Source: Cetorhinus maximus (lineage: Eukaryota). Taken from it: a DNA stretch of 64,000 nt. A program made the translations under genes and the position numbers. Numbering within the stretch: position 1 is the stretch's first letter; every line of letters starts with the position of its first letter. The DNA is taken from contig NC_135908.1 in the NCBI RefSeq assembly GCF_964194155.1, positions 8,618,001 through 8,682,000 of the forward strand, given 5' to 3'. Shown here one piece after another: positions 35,961 to 48,995 of this stretch. Under the pieces are notes generated by a model. That model was given only the letters and a program-made list of their open reading frames with translations. It did no database searches and was not told the DNA's origin.

Positions 35961-38900
35961 GTGAAATCCATTTAGAAGCAAAATCCTCTCCACTTTGACC
36001 TGGTCAAATTTTGCATTTGCATCAGTGTCTGAAATTATGACCATAGGAACGCAAGTCTAATAGTTGATTTAATTTCAAAGTTAAAATCCTTGTGTTCTCA
36101 TTTTAGTACAGTAATCTTTGCAGTGTTAGTCAAAAGTCCAAAATTATTCAGGTGGATATTATGTATCGAGGGAGTGTTCACTAATCTCATGAATCAATGC
36201 CTGGGCCGTTTGCTACTTTTATTATTCCAAGGTTGTATGTTGCTCAGTTTCTGCTTTCAATTTTGAATGAATTTTATCCTTTCTTGGCTGGGCTTCTAGA
36301 TCTAATTGGTAGGTGGGATGGATAGAGCATTTCCATTTTGAGGAAAGAAAATCTGACATAGTCCAGCTCATTGTGCTGTATTTGTGCTTTGGTGACGTGG
36401 TTTACAGGCCAAACTCTGCAGTATTCTGGGAGAAAGAGAGCTGTCTGTTGCTGAGCAGCCATCAAGAGGAGGGGAAAATTGAATCAAAAAAGCCTTTGTG
36501 TGTGTAAACAGTATACTGCTTAGAAACTACTGTACTGTAAATGGATCTGTTGCATTTGTGAAGAAGACCTTTTATAACCTACATGAGCTAAGATCTTTCT
36601 TACTGATTGATTTACAAACCACATGCAGCTTTCCTTGCTCAATTATCTGTGTATGTGCAACACGAATAAGAGACTGAAATTTTGTCAAGCTTTGCTGCAG
36701 TGCAAGTATTGGGAATTGATCTAGCTAGGAAAGGGTTTGTAGCTCTGTGTTGATAACGATAGAGGGCCTGGTTGGTATGTTCTTTGGTGGATTTTTTTTG
36801 GCTGTTGGTTTTGCTGATGTGCCTGAATAATCCTGTTGTCGTTGCTTGATTGCTTTTTAGCGTATAGTTATATCCAGTGTTATTTATCTAAGCTTTGCGA
36901 TAATGTTGGCTACACTCTGGGAAACAGAGCTGAGACCCTGCCAAATAAGATCATACTGTACAAGTAGGAAATGATGATTGATGTGACTTGCTTCACCATT
37001 CCAGCAGGATTTGTGGAGCACAACAGATGCTATGTAGGCATAGCATTGGGCAGTAGGCTAGTTCCCCGTGCTGAAGAGCCAGTCCCTTTCACTGATGTGA
37101 AATGTTGACGCTTCACTTCTCTGGCCTACACATTGTATAATTTTTTTTAAAGTAAACTCCATTGAAATAGTGTAAGGAATGAAAGTTTCGTGTAAGCCAT
37201 AAGATTTGCATTGGACCCCTTTCAGCACAGTGCCTGAGTTGCAATTGCATACATGGATTTGAAAGGCCAAGTTAACTCAGTACTCAAGCTGATTGGCGTA
37301 AGGATTCAGGTGTTGGTGAACATTGGTGTGCCCACTGCAGGCATGTGCAATTTTACTATCTTGGATTGGAGTGACATGGAGGTTGGTGGTGTAACTCTCA
37401 TCAGTTGATCCCACATTGCTTGGTACTGGTGTGAAATTGATACCTATTATAGATTTCTTTCTGCAGGTGAATTATATCATTAAAATTTACATTAGATTTT
37501 CTAAGAAATCTATTTGACAAATCTACCAAGATGGAATAATGAGCCTTCACTATTTTTGTGTTCACTTCAGATCATTCCCAGAGATTTGAGTACATAATGT
37601 AAGTTGACTTTCCAGTGCAGTAGCGAAGGAGTGCAGTACTACTGGAGGTGCAGTCTTTGAAATGAAACATTTGAGGCTCCTTTTGTTTTCTCAGCTGACA
37701 CAATTCAAAGAAGAGCAGGAGAGTTTGCCCTGTCTCCTGGCCAATAAGTATCCCTCAACCAATATCAGTTTTAAAATTTAAAAAAATCTGGTCGTTATCT
37801 CAGTGCTGTTTATGGGACCTTGCTGTGTGTAAACTGGCTGCTGCTTTTCCCTACATCACAACAATGATGATACTTTAAAAGGAATTAATTGGCTGTAAAG
37901 AGCTCTGTGTTGTCCTTGGATTGTGTGAAGCAGTGTGTAAAGATAACTTCTTCCTGTACATAAGAACATAAGCAAGCTCAGGAGTAGCCATTCGACCCCT
38001 CGAGCTTGCCCACCATTCAGTAATATCATGGCTGATCTGATTGTAGCGTAAACTCCACTTTCCTGCCTGTTACCCATAACCCTTGACTCCCTTGTCAAAC
38101 AAAAATCTGTCTAATTCAGCCTTCAGTATGTTCAATGACCCAGCCTCCGCTACTCGCTGGGGAAGAGAATTCCAAACAGAGAAGAAATTCCTCCATACCT
38201 ACTTAAATGGGAAACCCCCTTAATTTGAAATTGTACCGTCTAGTTCTAGATAATATCCTCTCAACAGCTACCCTGTCAAGCCCCCTCAGAATCTTACATG
38301 TTTCAATGACTGTGCAAAGGTAGCAGTAGTAGATCAATCCTTGATTTATTTTTCTTCCATGTTATGCAGTGGTGTCTTGCAATATTTGTGGTGTCTTTTC
38401 TAATCATTGATTTATTTGTCAAGCTGCTAGACAAAAGTTTCATTTCAATTAGCAAGACCTTGAGCAGGTTAAATTCTTGCAAAGAAAAGTGGATAATGTA
38501 GATACAAACCATTTATTTAAGTGGGCTATGAGTACAGTGCTAGAGGTCATGAGGATAAAATTAACAAACCTCAAGGAAGCCTTGAAGTTTGAGTTTCTCT
38601 GAGTAACGTACAGTATGAATGACTACTCTCCCAGCAAATAAATTCTGAATCCTATGCTGACTAATGTATTTTTAAAGAGATGAATATTTGGTTCTTATCC
38701 AGACTAACGTTTATTTATGCAGGTGACAATTTAACGCATTTTTAAATAAAGAGTTAAATAAGTATTGGGTTACTTGGGATGGAGTATTATGTACATAGGC
38801 AATTTAATGCTCTGTTTAACAATGGTTCCTAACCTACTGGGACCATAGAAATGTCATACCAAAGAAGGCAGCTGGTCAGGAATAAACTTCAAACTTATTA

Positions 38901-41737
38901 GAAATTTAGAAGAGGGGAAAATGCTTACAGAGCTTTTGCTATAAAGGTGAAATGGGTTGGGTAGTGGTGTCCATGTCGGATTAGTTTGTGTGTGATTTCT
39001 CCACATTGTCACTTAGGCTTTTTTTAACCTATAGTGGTATAATTGCATTGCAGCAAAAATCATATTAAAGTGAGTAGGCTTCAGTGTGTCATACAGTTCA
39101 AAATGTAATTGTCTTACTTCATTACTACAAAATACTCCCATTGCCATTATCAGTCACCAACCACCAAATACTTTGTCCTCATGTTAAACAACTTAAAATT
39201 GTCTCTCCAGACAAAACCCGAGTTTCAAAAGATGACATTTATAATTGTTGTGTTGTTCAGGATGGTATAGAATGATGATTCAAACAGCTATTGCCACAAT
39301 ATTGTTTCGTCTATAGACGACAATATTAAGTATTTAAAGGAGCAGTAGCTCTTGTAGGCTGGAGTGATGGTGTTTTGTATTGGTACAGAACATTTAAGTA
39401 CCAAATGACACCCGATAGGTGTGTATCGCCGGAGTGGCTATGAAACAAATGTTAGGAAACCTAACTATATGAATGAACTTGAGATCATAACCTTCATTGA
39501 ACTTGTAACAGTCTACTTGACTGTCAGAATTATCTTCTATTTTTAATATAATTTACTTTTGTTTTGGCAGTTTTCCCCTGCTTTTCTCTTTGAAGGTGTA
39601 AATGATTGTTGAGGTATGATTCCAGGGATGTCTGATGCTCTCCAGTGACTTGCCCAATTGGCTGCTATTGACACACAAGTTTAGCAGTAATTTGTCATGT
39701 GTGACATTGTCCAACTTAGATCCTGACCAACTTTTCGGGGGGATGGAGATCAAGAGTGAGAACCAGGTCTGATTTATATTTTGTCCCCCTACCTGGTCTA
39801 AGGTCCTGATTTCAATTTAGCAATTTGACTATTACTTCAAAAAACTCAGCATAGACTCGAAATTGATCCTCTGACTGACCTGTAAACCTGGGCAGTGCAT
39901 ATACCCATTTGTCCAATGAGTGCATCTATAAACAATATGACTAACTTTAGTTCTACGTGTGCTTTTATATGAGGATAGTATGACTGTACAGATCAGTTAT
40001 TTAAATAAAGCAATGTTCTGCATTGATTGAAAATGCCTGCTGTTCAGTTTAGTTGTGGATTAACTTTTGGTTTTCTTACTTATTGCGTAGTTAGAGTTAA
40101 GGTTGGTATTTATTAATTTACTGGACCCTCCCTGTACAAATAGAGCCATTCAAATAAAATAGTTAAATAAAAAGTTGACGGTCTCAGGGAAGTTTAATAC
40201 ACATTTTGGTTGTACACGTTGTAATGATTTGATAACTAAAATTGCTTAGTTCAGCTTGAGAGTATTGAAATCTCCATTTCAATGCTGTTTGTATAATTTA
40301 AATTTTCTCTTTCAATTTTCCTCCACAATTTAGTTTACCATTCCTTTTTTACTGGGCTATCATAATGTAACGGGAGGAGTGGTTTTTTTGGCTTTTGTCC
40401 TAGCCTGGAGTGCTGAGGCCAATTATAGTGGAGTCTCAGCTGTTATCAGTTAATTCTGAACATTATCGGAGAATTTGGAGACCTTGCTGGTCCCTGTGCC
40501 TTAGTGCCACTCACTTACATTTATGGAGTTTTGACTTTCTAAAAGGATCTGTAGCTGGTAGGAAGCAGAGAAAATGTAGTATTTTGGGAGCTGAAGCCAC
40601 TGAAAACATGAATTTATTTTTACTTTTAGAATGGAGGAACAGAAGAGATAGAAGTAGGAGTGGGCCATTCGGCCCTTCAAGCATGCCCTGTCATTCAGTA
40701 CTACCATGGCTAATCTACCACCTTCTAGAAATACCCCCTTATCCCTTAGTTCCCAGAGCATCCAAAAATCTATTGAAATGGACTTGAAGCCTTAGGTGGC
40801 TACGGAAAAATTAATGCTGGTTATGGTTTAGAATAAGCTGTGATTATTTTTTTATCAGCGTTAAGTTCTTAAATGTTTTTTCTAATTAATTGCACATCCT
40901 CATTCTTCATTACATCCCTTAGTGAGAGTTGGTAAGCCACTCCCTCCAGAGTTTGGTATTTCTACCTGGTTGCTGGGAAATAGTCTTTATAATTTTTCCT
41001 CATTCCACTGTGCATCCACAGTGCTTGGTTTTTTTATCTTGGATGTAAACAAGATTGGCACTCGGTGAATGGGGAATGATGGATGGAAGTTTATGTCTTA
41101 CCAAACTTTGGGGGATGTATAGGTGCTGAGAGCAGAACATAGAATGATTGATTTTATCCTCTCTATCCACCTGTGCTTTTAACATCATTACACCACCCAA
41201 TCTACCATCCTCAACCATTATTTCTTCTTGCTCATGGCAGCAATTTGCCAAGTCTCCTTTGACAACACCTTCCAAACTCTAAATGGACAAGGGCAGCAGA
41301 CGTATGGGAATATCATCACCTACAAGTTCCACTCCGGGTCTCACACCATTTAATTGAACCAAGATGCGTCACACTTGGGAATGTAACCTGAACAGGGTTA
41401 GGAGAAAAATTAGGATATGTGGTTGGTTGCAATAGATATTAAGAAGGCTTTAGAAGTTGGCAGAGATGTAACCAGTTAAAGGGAAGGATTTGGGGTGAAA
41501 ATGTCCAGGTGTATTCTCTGTACATAATCCTATGTGTTAAAACAGAATTTTTCTAATCACTCTCATTTTCATGGCAATGATCTTAAATGCATGCTCACCC
41601 AGTTACTGACTCGTTAACAAGTAGAAGTTGTTCTACTCTATTTAGTTCATCCTAACATATTTTTGACATTTTGCAGATGTCAGATAGCTCCCCTGCTTTA
41701 GCAAAATGATCCCCAGTATCTCAAAGCAACCCTTTTA

Positions 41738-44700
41738 GATCATAAGAAATAGGAGCGTAAGTAGGCCATTTGGCCCCTTGAGCCTGCTCCGCCATTCAGT
41801 AAGATCATGGTTGATCCGATGGTGGCTTTAACTTGCCTTTCCTGTAGGCCTCCCATAACCCTTGACTCACTTGTCAATCAAAAATCTGTCTAATTTGGTC
41901 TTGAATAAATTCAATGACCCAGCCTCCACCGCTGTCTGTGGCAGAGAAATTCCAAAGACTAACAACCCTCTGACAGAAGAAATTCCTCCTTTGCTCTGTC
42001 CCACTTTTTTTAACCTGTAGCCCCTAGTTTTAGATTCACCCACAAGAGGAAACATTCTCTCAACTTCTAGCCTGTCAAGCCCCCTCAAAATCTCGTATGT
42101 TTCAATAAGATCACCCCTCATTTTTCTAAACTCAGTGTCTTCCAAAAAGGTATCACAGTATCTTTACAGTGCAGAAGGAGGCCATTTGGCCCATCGAGTC
42201 TGCACTGGCTTTCTGAAAGAGCACTCCACCTAGTCCCACTCCCCTTGCCTTATCTCTGTAACCTTGCACATTCTCTCTTTACAGGTAGCAATCCAATTCT
42301 CTTTTGAATACCTCAATTGAAACTGCCTCCACCACCCTCTTAGGAAGTATGTTCCAGACTCCAACCACCCTCTGGGTGAAAGAAAATTTCCCCACATCAC
42401 GTTTACTCCTTTTGCCAATTATTTTGAATCTGTGCTCTCTAGTTCTTGATGTTCTCAACCTTTCCTCGTAAGGCAAATCCCTCACCCCAACAATCAGCCA
42501 AGTGAACTATCTCCGAACTGCACCCAATGCAAGCATGTCCCTCCTTAAATAAGTTGACCAAAACTACACCGTGCTCTATATGCAGTCTCACCAATGCCCT
42601 GTACAGCTGTAGCAAGACTTTCCTACTTATACATTCCATCCCCCTTGTAATAAAGGCCAACATTCCGCTTGCCTTCCTGTTTACTTGCTGTACCTGCAAG
42701 CTGACTTATATTCATTCATGGGATGTGGGTGTTGGTGGCTAGGCTGGCATTTATTGCCCATCCCTTATTGCCCTTAAGGTGGTGGTGAGCTGCCTTCTTG
42801 AACTGCTGCAGTCCATGTGGTGTAAGCACACCCACAGTACTGTTGGGGAGGGAGTTCCAAGGTTTTGACCCAGCAACAATGAAGGAACGGCAATATATTT
42901 CCACGTCAGAATGGTGAGTGGCTGGTAAGGGGAACTTCCAGGTGATGGTGTTCCCAGGTATCTGCAGCTCTTGTCCTTTCTAGATGATAGTGGTCATGGG
43001 TTTGGAAGGTGCAGTCCAAGGAGGCTTGGTGAGTTCCTGCAGTGCATCTTGTAGATGGTACACACTGCTGCCACTGAGCGTCGGTGGTGGAGGGAGTGAA
43101 TGTTTGTGGATGGAGTGCCAATCAGGTGGGCTGCTTCATCCTGGATGGTGTCGAGGTTCTTGAGTGTTGCTGAAGCTGCACTCATCCAGGCAAGTGGAGA
43201 GTATTCCATCACACTCCTGATTGTGCTTTGTAGATGGTTGACAGGCTTTGGGGAGTCAGGAAGTGAGGTACTCACTGCAGGATTCCTAGCCTCTGATCTG
43301 CTCTTGTAGTATTTATATGGCTAGTCCAGTTCAGTTTCTGGTCAATGGTAACCCCCCCAGGATGTTGTTAGTGGGGGATTCAGCTATGCTAATGCATTGA
43401 ACATCAAGGAGTGATGGTTGGATTCTCTCTTGTTGGAGATGGTCATTGCCTGGCACTTGTATAGTGCGAATATTACTTGCCACTTGTCAGCCTGGATATT
43501 GTCCAGGTCTTGCTGCATTTGGAAATGGACTGCTTCAGTATCTGAGGAGTCACAAATGGTGCTGAACATTGTGAAATCATCAGTGAATATCACCACTTCT
43601 GACCTTAGGATGAAGGGAAGGTCATTGATGGAGCAACTGAAGATGGTTGGGCCTAGGACACTATCCTGAGGAACTCCTGCAGTGATGTCCTGGAACTGAG
43701 ATGATTGACCTCCAACAACAACAACTATGTTCTTTTGTGCTAAGTATGATTCCAACTAGTAGAGAGTTTTCCCCTGATTTCCATTGACTCCAGTTTTGCT
43801 AGGGTTCCTTGATGCCACACTTGGTCGAATGTTGCCTTGATATCAAGGGCAGTCACACTCACCTCACCTCAGGAGTTCAGCTCTTTTGTGCTTGTTTGGA
43901 CCAAGACTGTAATGAGGTCAAGCTGAGTGGCCTTGATGGAACCCAAACTGAGCATCAGTGAGCAGGTTATTGCTAAGCAAGATAGCACTGTTGATGACCC
44001 CTTTCATTACTTTACTGATGATCGAGGGTGGACTGATGGGGCGGTTATTGTCCGAGCTTGTTTTGACCTGTTTTTTGTGTGCAGGACGTACCTGGGGAAT
44101 TTTCCGCATTGCTGGGTAGATGTCAGTGTTGTAGCTGCACTGGAACAGCTTAGCTAGGCTTGCGGCAAGCTCTGGCACACAAGGCTTCAGCACTGTTAGT
44201 GGAATATTGTCCGGGCACATAACCTTTGGAGTATCCAGTGCCTTCAGCCATTTATTGATATCACATAGAGTGAATTGAATTGACTGAAGACTGGCATCTG
44301 TAATGCTGGGGACTTTTTGTGATTCATGTACAAGGGCACAGAGGCCCCTCTGTACTGCAACATTCTGCAGTCCCTCTATTTAAATAATATTCTGCTTTTC
44401 TATTCTTCCTGCCAAAGTGGGCAGCCTCACATTTTCCCACATTGTACTCCATCTGCCAAATTTTTGCCCACTCATTTAACCTATTTCTATCCCTTTGCAG
44501 ACTCTGTATCCTCCCCACAATTTGCTTTCCTACCATTCTTCATATTGTCAGCAAATGTGGCTACAATACACTCAGTCTCTTCATTCAAGTCATTAATATA
44601 GACTGTAAATAGTTGAAGCCCCAGCACTGATCCCTGTGGCACTCCACTGGTTACAGTTTGTCATTCTGAAAATGATCCATTTATCCTGATACTGTTTCCT

Positions 44701-46320
44701 GTTAGTCGGTCAGTCCTCTATCTATGCTAATATATTGCCTGAACACCATAGTTCCTTATCTTGCGTAGCAGCCTTTCCTGTGGCACTTTTGTCAAATGTC
44801 TTTTGGAACGCCAAATAAAGTACATCTTCTAGTTCCCCTTTATCCACCCTGCTTGTTACATGCTCAAAGAGCTCTAATAAATTTGTCAAATTTTTCCTTT
44901 GACAGCACCTTCTAAACCTGCAACCTCCACCATTTAGAAGGAGAAGGGCAACAGAAACATGGGAACATCACCACCTGCAAGTTCCTCTCTAAGCGACACA
45001 CCATCCTGACTTGGAACTATATCACTGTTCCTTCATTGTCGCTGGGTCAAAATCCTGGAACTCCCTCCTGGGTGTACCTATACTACATGTACTGCAGTGG
45101 TTCATGAAGGTGGCTCACCACCACCTTCTCAAGGGCAGTTAGGAATGAGCAATTAAATGTTGGCTTAGCCAGCAGTGCCCACATCCCGTGAAAAAATAAA
45201 ACATTTCCCTTTCGCAAAACCATGCTGATTGTATTATGAGTTTCTAAATGTCCTGCTACTGCTTCCTTAATAATGGATTCCAGCATTTTTCCATTGACAA
45301 GTGCTAGGCTAACTGGCCCATGGTTTCCTGCTTTCTGTCTCTCTTCTTTCTTGAACAGAGGTGTTCCATTTGTGGTTTTGCAATCTGCTGTGACCTTTCC
45401 AGAACCCAGGGAATTTTGGAAATTGCAACCAATGCATCTAGTATCTCTGCAGCCACTTCTCTTAAGATCCTAGGATGCAGTTCATCAGGTTCAGGGGACT
45501 TGTCAGGCTTGAGTCCCATTAGTATTCTCACTACTTTTTGTCCAGTGACAGTGATTAAGTCCCTCCCTCCCTTTTGCTTCTTGATTTTCTACTATTCTTG
45601 GGGTGCTTTTTGTGTCTTCTACTGTGAAGACTGAGACAAAATACTTGAGCAAAGCCTCTGCCATTTCCATGTTTTTCCATTATTAATTCCCCAGTCTCAC
45701 CTAATGGACCATTGCTCATTTTAACTTTTTTTCCCTTTTTGTATACTTGTAGAAGCTTTTAGTGTCTGTTTTTATATTTCTTGCTAGTTTACCTATTTAC
45801 CCAGTTCACTTCAGCTAATTCTGTCCTCATATCCTAGTTATAGACCTACGCTTCTCACTGTCAAACTGAATGAAAAACTCTAACATGTTATAATCATTCT
45901 TGCCTAAATGATCCTTTACTATGTGCTCTTTAATCCTGTCTAATTGCACATCATCAGGTCCAAAATAGCCTTGTGCTTAGTAGGTTCCAGAACATATTGT
46001 TCTCAGAAACTGTCCTGAATACACTCTGAGAACTCATCCTCCAGGCTACCTTTTCTGTCCAATCGATGTGAAGAATTAAGTCATCCACGATTATTACAGT
46101 ATCTTTCTTGCAAGCCCCCATTATCTCTTTTGTATATCTGTCTTACTGTGCAGCTGCTGTTTGGGGCCCTACAAACTATTTCTACCAGTGACTTCTTTCC
46201 TTGGCTATTTCTTATCTCCATTCAGACTGATTCTATATCTTGATCTTCTGAACCAAGGCCATTTCTCACTATTGTACTGACCTCAGCCTTTATTAACAGA
46301 GCTGCCCACCTCCCTTTCTT
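41738..46320 (-). mobile_element. Fragmented CR1 LINE (ORF2) interrupted by several nested insertions
   Basis: CR1 3' end at 41738-42135. A second CR1 3' end is inserted at ~42155-42450. RT pieces at 42439-42699, 44324-44890 and 45200-45530; EN-like remnant to ~46320. Confidence 0.85.
42709..44312 (-). mobile_element. 5'-truncated copy of the same LINE family (RT + 3' tail), nested inside a CR1
   Basis: ORF pieces 43918-44220 (CPDNIP...QFGFHQGHSA), 43384-43755 (GVPQDSVLGP...FTDD) and 42994-43275. Tail ...GGGCAATAAATGC...CACATCCCATGAATGAA. High similarity to 62945-64000. Confidence 0.9.
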
Positions 46321-46865
46321 TCTTTTAATTAATTCTCTTTCTTGGTTTCATCTTGAATTTTTTCTGTACTCTCTCTCTGGAATAAGGAATCCTGTCTAAA
46401 GCGGGGCACATAGCTAGATATTATAATCTAACTATTGCCTAATCTTTCTAGGATGATTCACTGGGTAGCAATGGGGAGTGGGAGCACTGCCTGACTTTCT
46501 TTTCACCCCATCCCTAGGCCAGGGCACTGAAGCTAATCGTTGAGTTCTAGGCACTGCTTGGGTTAGATCCATTAACTGAGTACAGACTTTCTGGCCTGTA
46601 TGACTCAGTGCGGCACTGTACAATGAAGTATTAAGCACTAAAGAATCTGTTGGAGTTAGTTTTGTAAGTTAATACTGTAGCAGTGATAGCAGCAGCTTCT
46701 ACCGTGTTTTCACAATTGGGGTAATGTGCTTATTTTAGTGTTGATCTCTGCGATTCTGAGTTTTTGCATAGCATGCCTCAAAGAATTGATACTATAGTGT
46801 TTTACCTCTCGCTGACCCACGCTCTTCGTCAACAAGATTTCACACTTTTGAAGAGGTTTGATGCA

Positions 46866-48629
46866 GCCTCTGTTGGCTTACCATTGTTTGGCTTTGTGCC
46901 ATTTACTTTGTAGCTGATCAATTTGCAATTGCAAATTAGGCCTAGCACAAGCTTGAGCAAAGCCATTGTTACTATCTCTCAAAACTGCATCTTTACCCAT
47001 AGTCAAAACAACTGTACATATTGCACCAATGAATGTTGCATTATGAAAATAGCCCTATAATTCTACTTGATGGGGGAAAGGCTGTGCATTGCAATAGATT
47101 AGAATATTTGTCCATTCACTGCTTTTTCAAACTTAACTCCTAGAGGCGGGACAAATATCTCCCTTCTAATTCAGTTGAGGTTTGATGCAGTCTCAATACA
47201 ATTTCCAACGAACTTGACTCCATGACAGCTGACACTCAAAATGAGTGTTAGACCAAGGGAACTTTTTAATAACCAGAATGGTGTAGTCAAATTAGTTCAA
47301 GTCTTTGTAATGAGCCTGGGTGAGCTTCTGTGTCTGGACTTGCTGCTTGGTCTGATTGGGAGTGGAGTTTCTGTATGATGTCATTCCATTTTGCAGACGC
47401 TGATGCATGCTCTCTGCAGTGTTTTGTGTGATAGGTTCAGTAATAACACAACTTTGTAACTGGGCAGGTTGCTGCAAAGATTTTCAGGTTATGATTGATT
47501 CCTGATAAAGGCTGCTCATCTAGTTAAAGCACTGAATGTGACATGACATAGAGAAAAAAAGCTGTTGCACTTGGTGTGTATGTAAGATTTATTCTCATAC
47601 TGATTGAATAGCTGGACCCTAGCTAAAACATACATGCAGACATTAAGATGTGAAAGAAGTAGTTTGGTTTCAACTGGCAGATTATATTGTATTGTTGGGC
47701 TACTGCTTCTGAAATGGAGGGTGATTTGAGAGAAGGACTACATCACAGTATAGAAAACTTCAGAATGGGAAATTAGTATTGACAAACTTTCATCTCAATG
47801 TGTAATTGCTGATAGCCGATGTGATTCCGATGCTTGGCCTTTATAGAAGGTTATCTTAATCTTCGAAACCACAAGGAGAACCAGTCAGTATCTATAGCGA
47901 AAACAAAAATACCTGGAAAAACTCAGTAGGTTTGGCAGCATCTGCGGAGAGGAGCACAGTTAACGTTTCGAGTCCGAATGACCCTTCAACAGAACTGTTC
48001 TGTTGAAGGGTCATTTGGACTCAAAGCGTTAACTCTGCTCCTCTCCGCAGATGCTGCCAGACCTGCTGAGTTTTTCCAGGTATTTTTGTTTTTGTTTTGG
48101 ATTTCCAGCATCCGCAGTTTTTTGCTAGTATAGCGATTTAGCTAAAAGGACTTGAGGGGCTTCAGTGATTGGTGTTGTGGCTATAAAAGCTGAATTTTGC
48201 TAGACTGCTCTGGGAAAGTTGATGAAGTATTATTTTTGTTTCTGTGGGATGAGTCAGCTATACTTATTTTGTCAGAACTCAGCCAGAGGGAGCCTGAAAT
48301 ATTTGAAGTTGTTACGGTGAAAGGTCAATTAAAATTTGTTGCCGTAGAACTTAAGTGTTTAATTTATTTGCTATTTTTCTTCCTGTAGCGTTCTTTGTGT
48401 TCTTATTCTTGTGTGCTTCCTTAATCTGGGTTCTTAGTCCTCTCTCTTTGTTTCCTTCTGCCTCTGTTGGTTTACCATTGTTTGGCTTTGTGCCATTTAC
48501 TTTGTAGCTGATCAATTTGCAATTGCAAATTAGGCCTAGCACAAGCTTGAGCAAAGCCATTGTTACTATCTCTCAAAACTGCATCTTTACCCATAGTCAA
48601 AACAACTGTACATATTGCACCAATGAATG
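46866..48629. repeat. 170-bp direct duplication (46866-47035 and 48460-48629)
   Basis: The two copies differ at one position by eye (GGCTTACC vs GGTTTACC); offset 1594 bp. Confidence 0.92.
47900..48126. mobile_element. Penelope-derived hairpin (inverted-repeat) insertion with hammerhead motif
   Basis: About 96-bp arms around 47996 plus a one-sided ~30-bp tail; flanked by the direct repeat TATAGCGA (47893-47900, 48129-48136). Confidence 0.8.
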
Positions 48630-48995
48630 ATCCTTTTTTGGCGTGTTAGAGATTTGGAGTAACAAAAACCTGCAGAATTATGCATTGTTTTATGCTATGC
48701 ACTTGTAGCTACTAGAGATTGAATTATGACCACCATAAGCCTGTGTTCTAGCTAACTCTTATATGGTTCCACAGGCACTCACCAGGACCTTGTCATAGTG
48801 GCCTTTCCTCTGTGTGACTTTTAGCAGATTGATTGTTTGAGATATAATAGACAAGCCCCATTCTGTCCATGTATATGCACTTTGAAGGGGAAACCATTGG
48901 ATCACCAATTAGAATAAGAGCCAGTTATTGTATATTACAACCACCACTGTCTAATAAAAAAAACTAATCATTTATCTGCTGATTGAGTTCTTGCC

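Noticed and set aside
46866-48629. LTR/TRIM interpretation of the 170-bp repeats
   Set aside because: The repeat ends are not TG...CA, and no PBS, PPT or outer TSD is visible.
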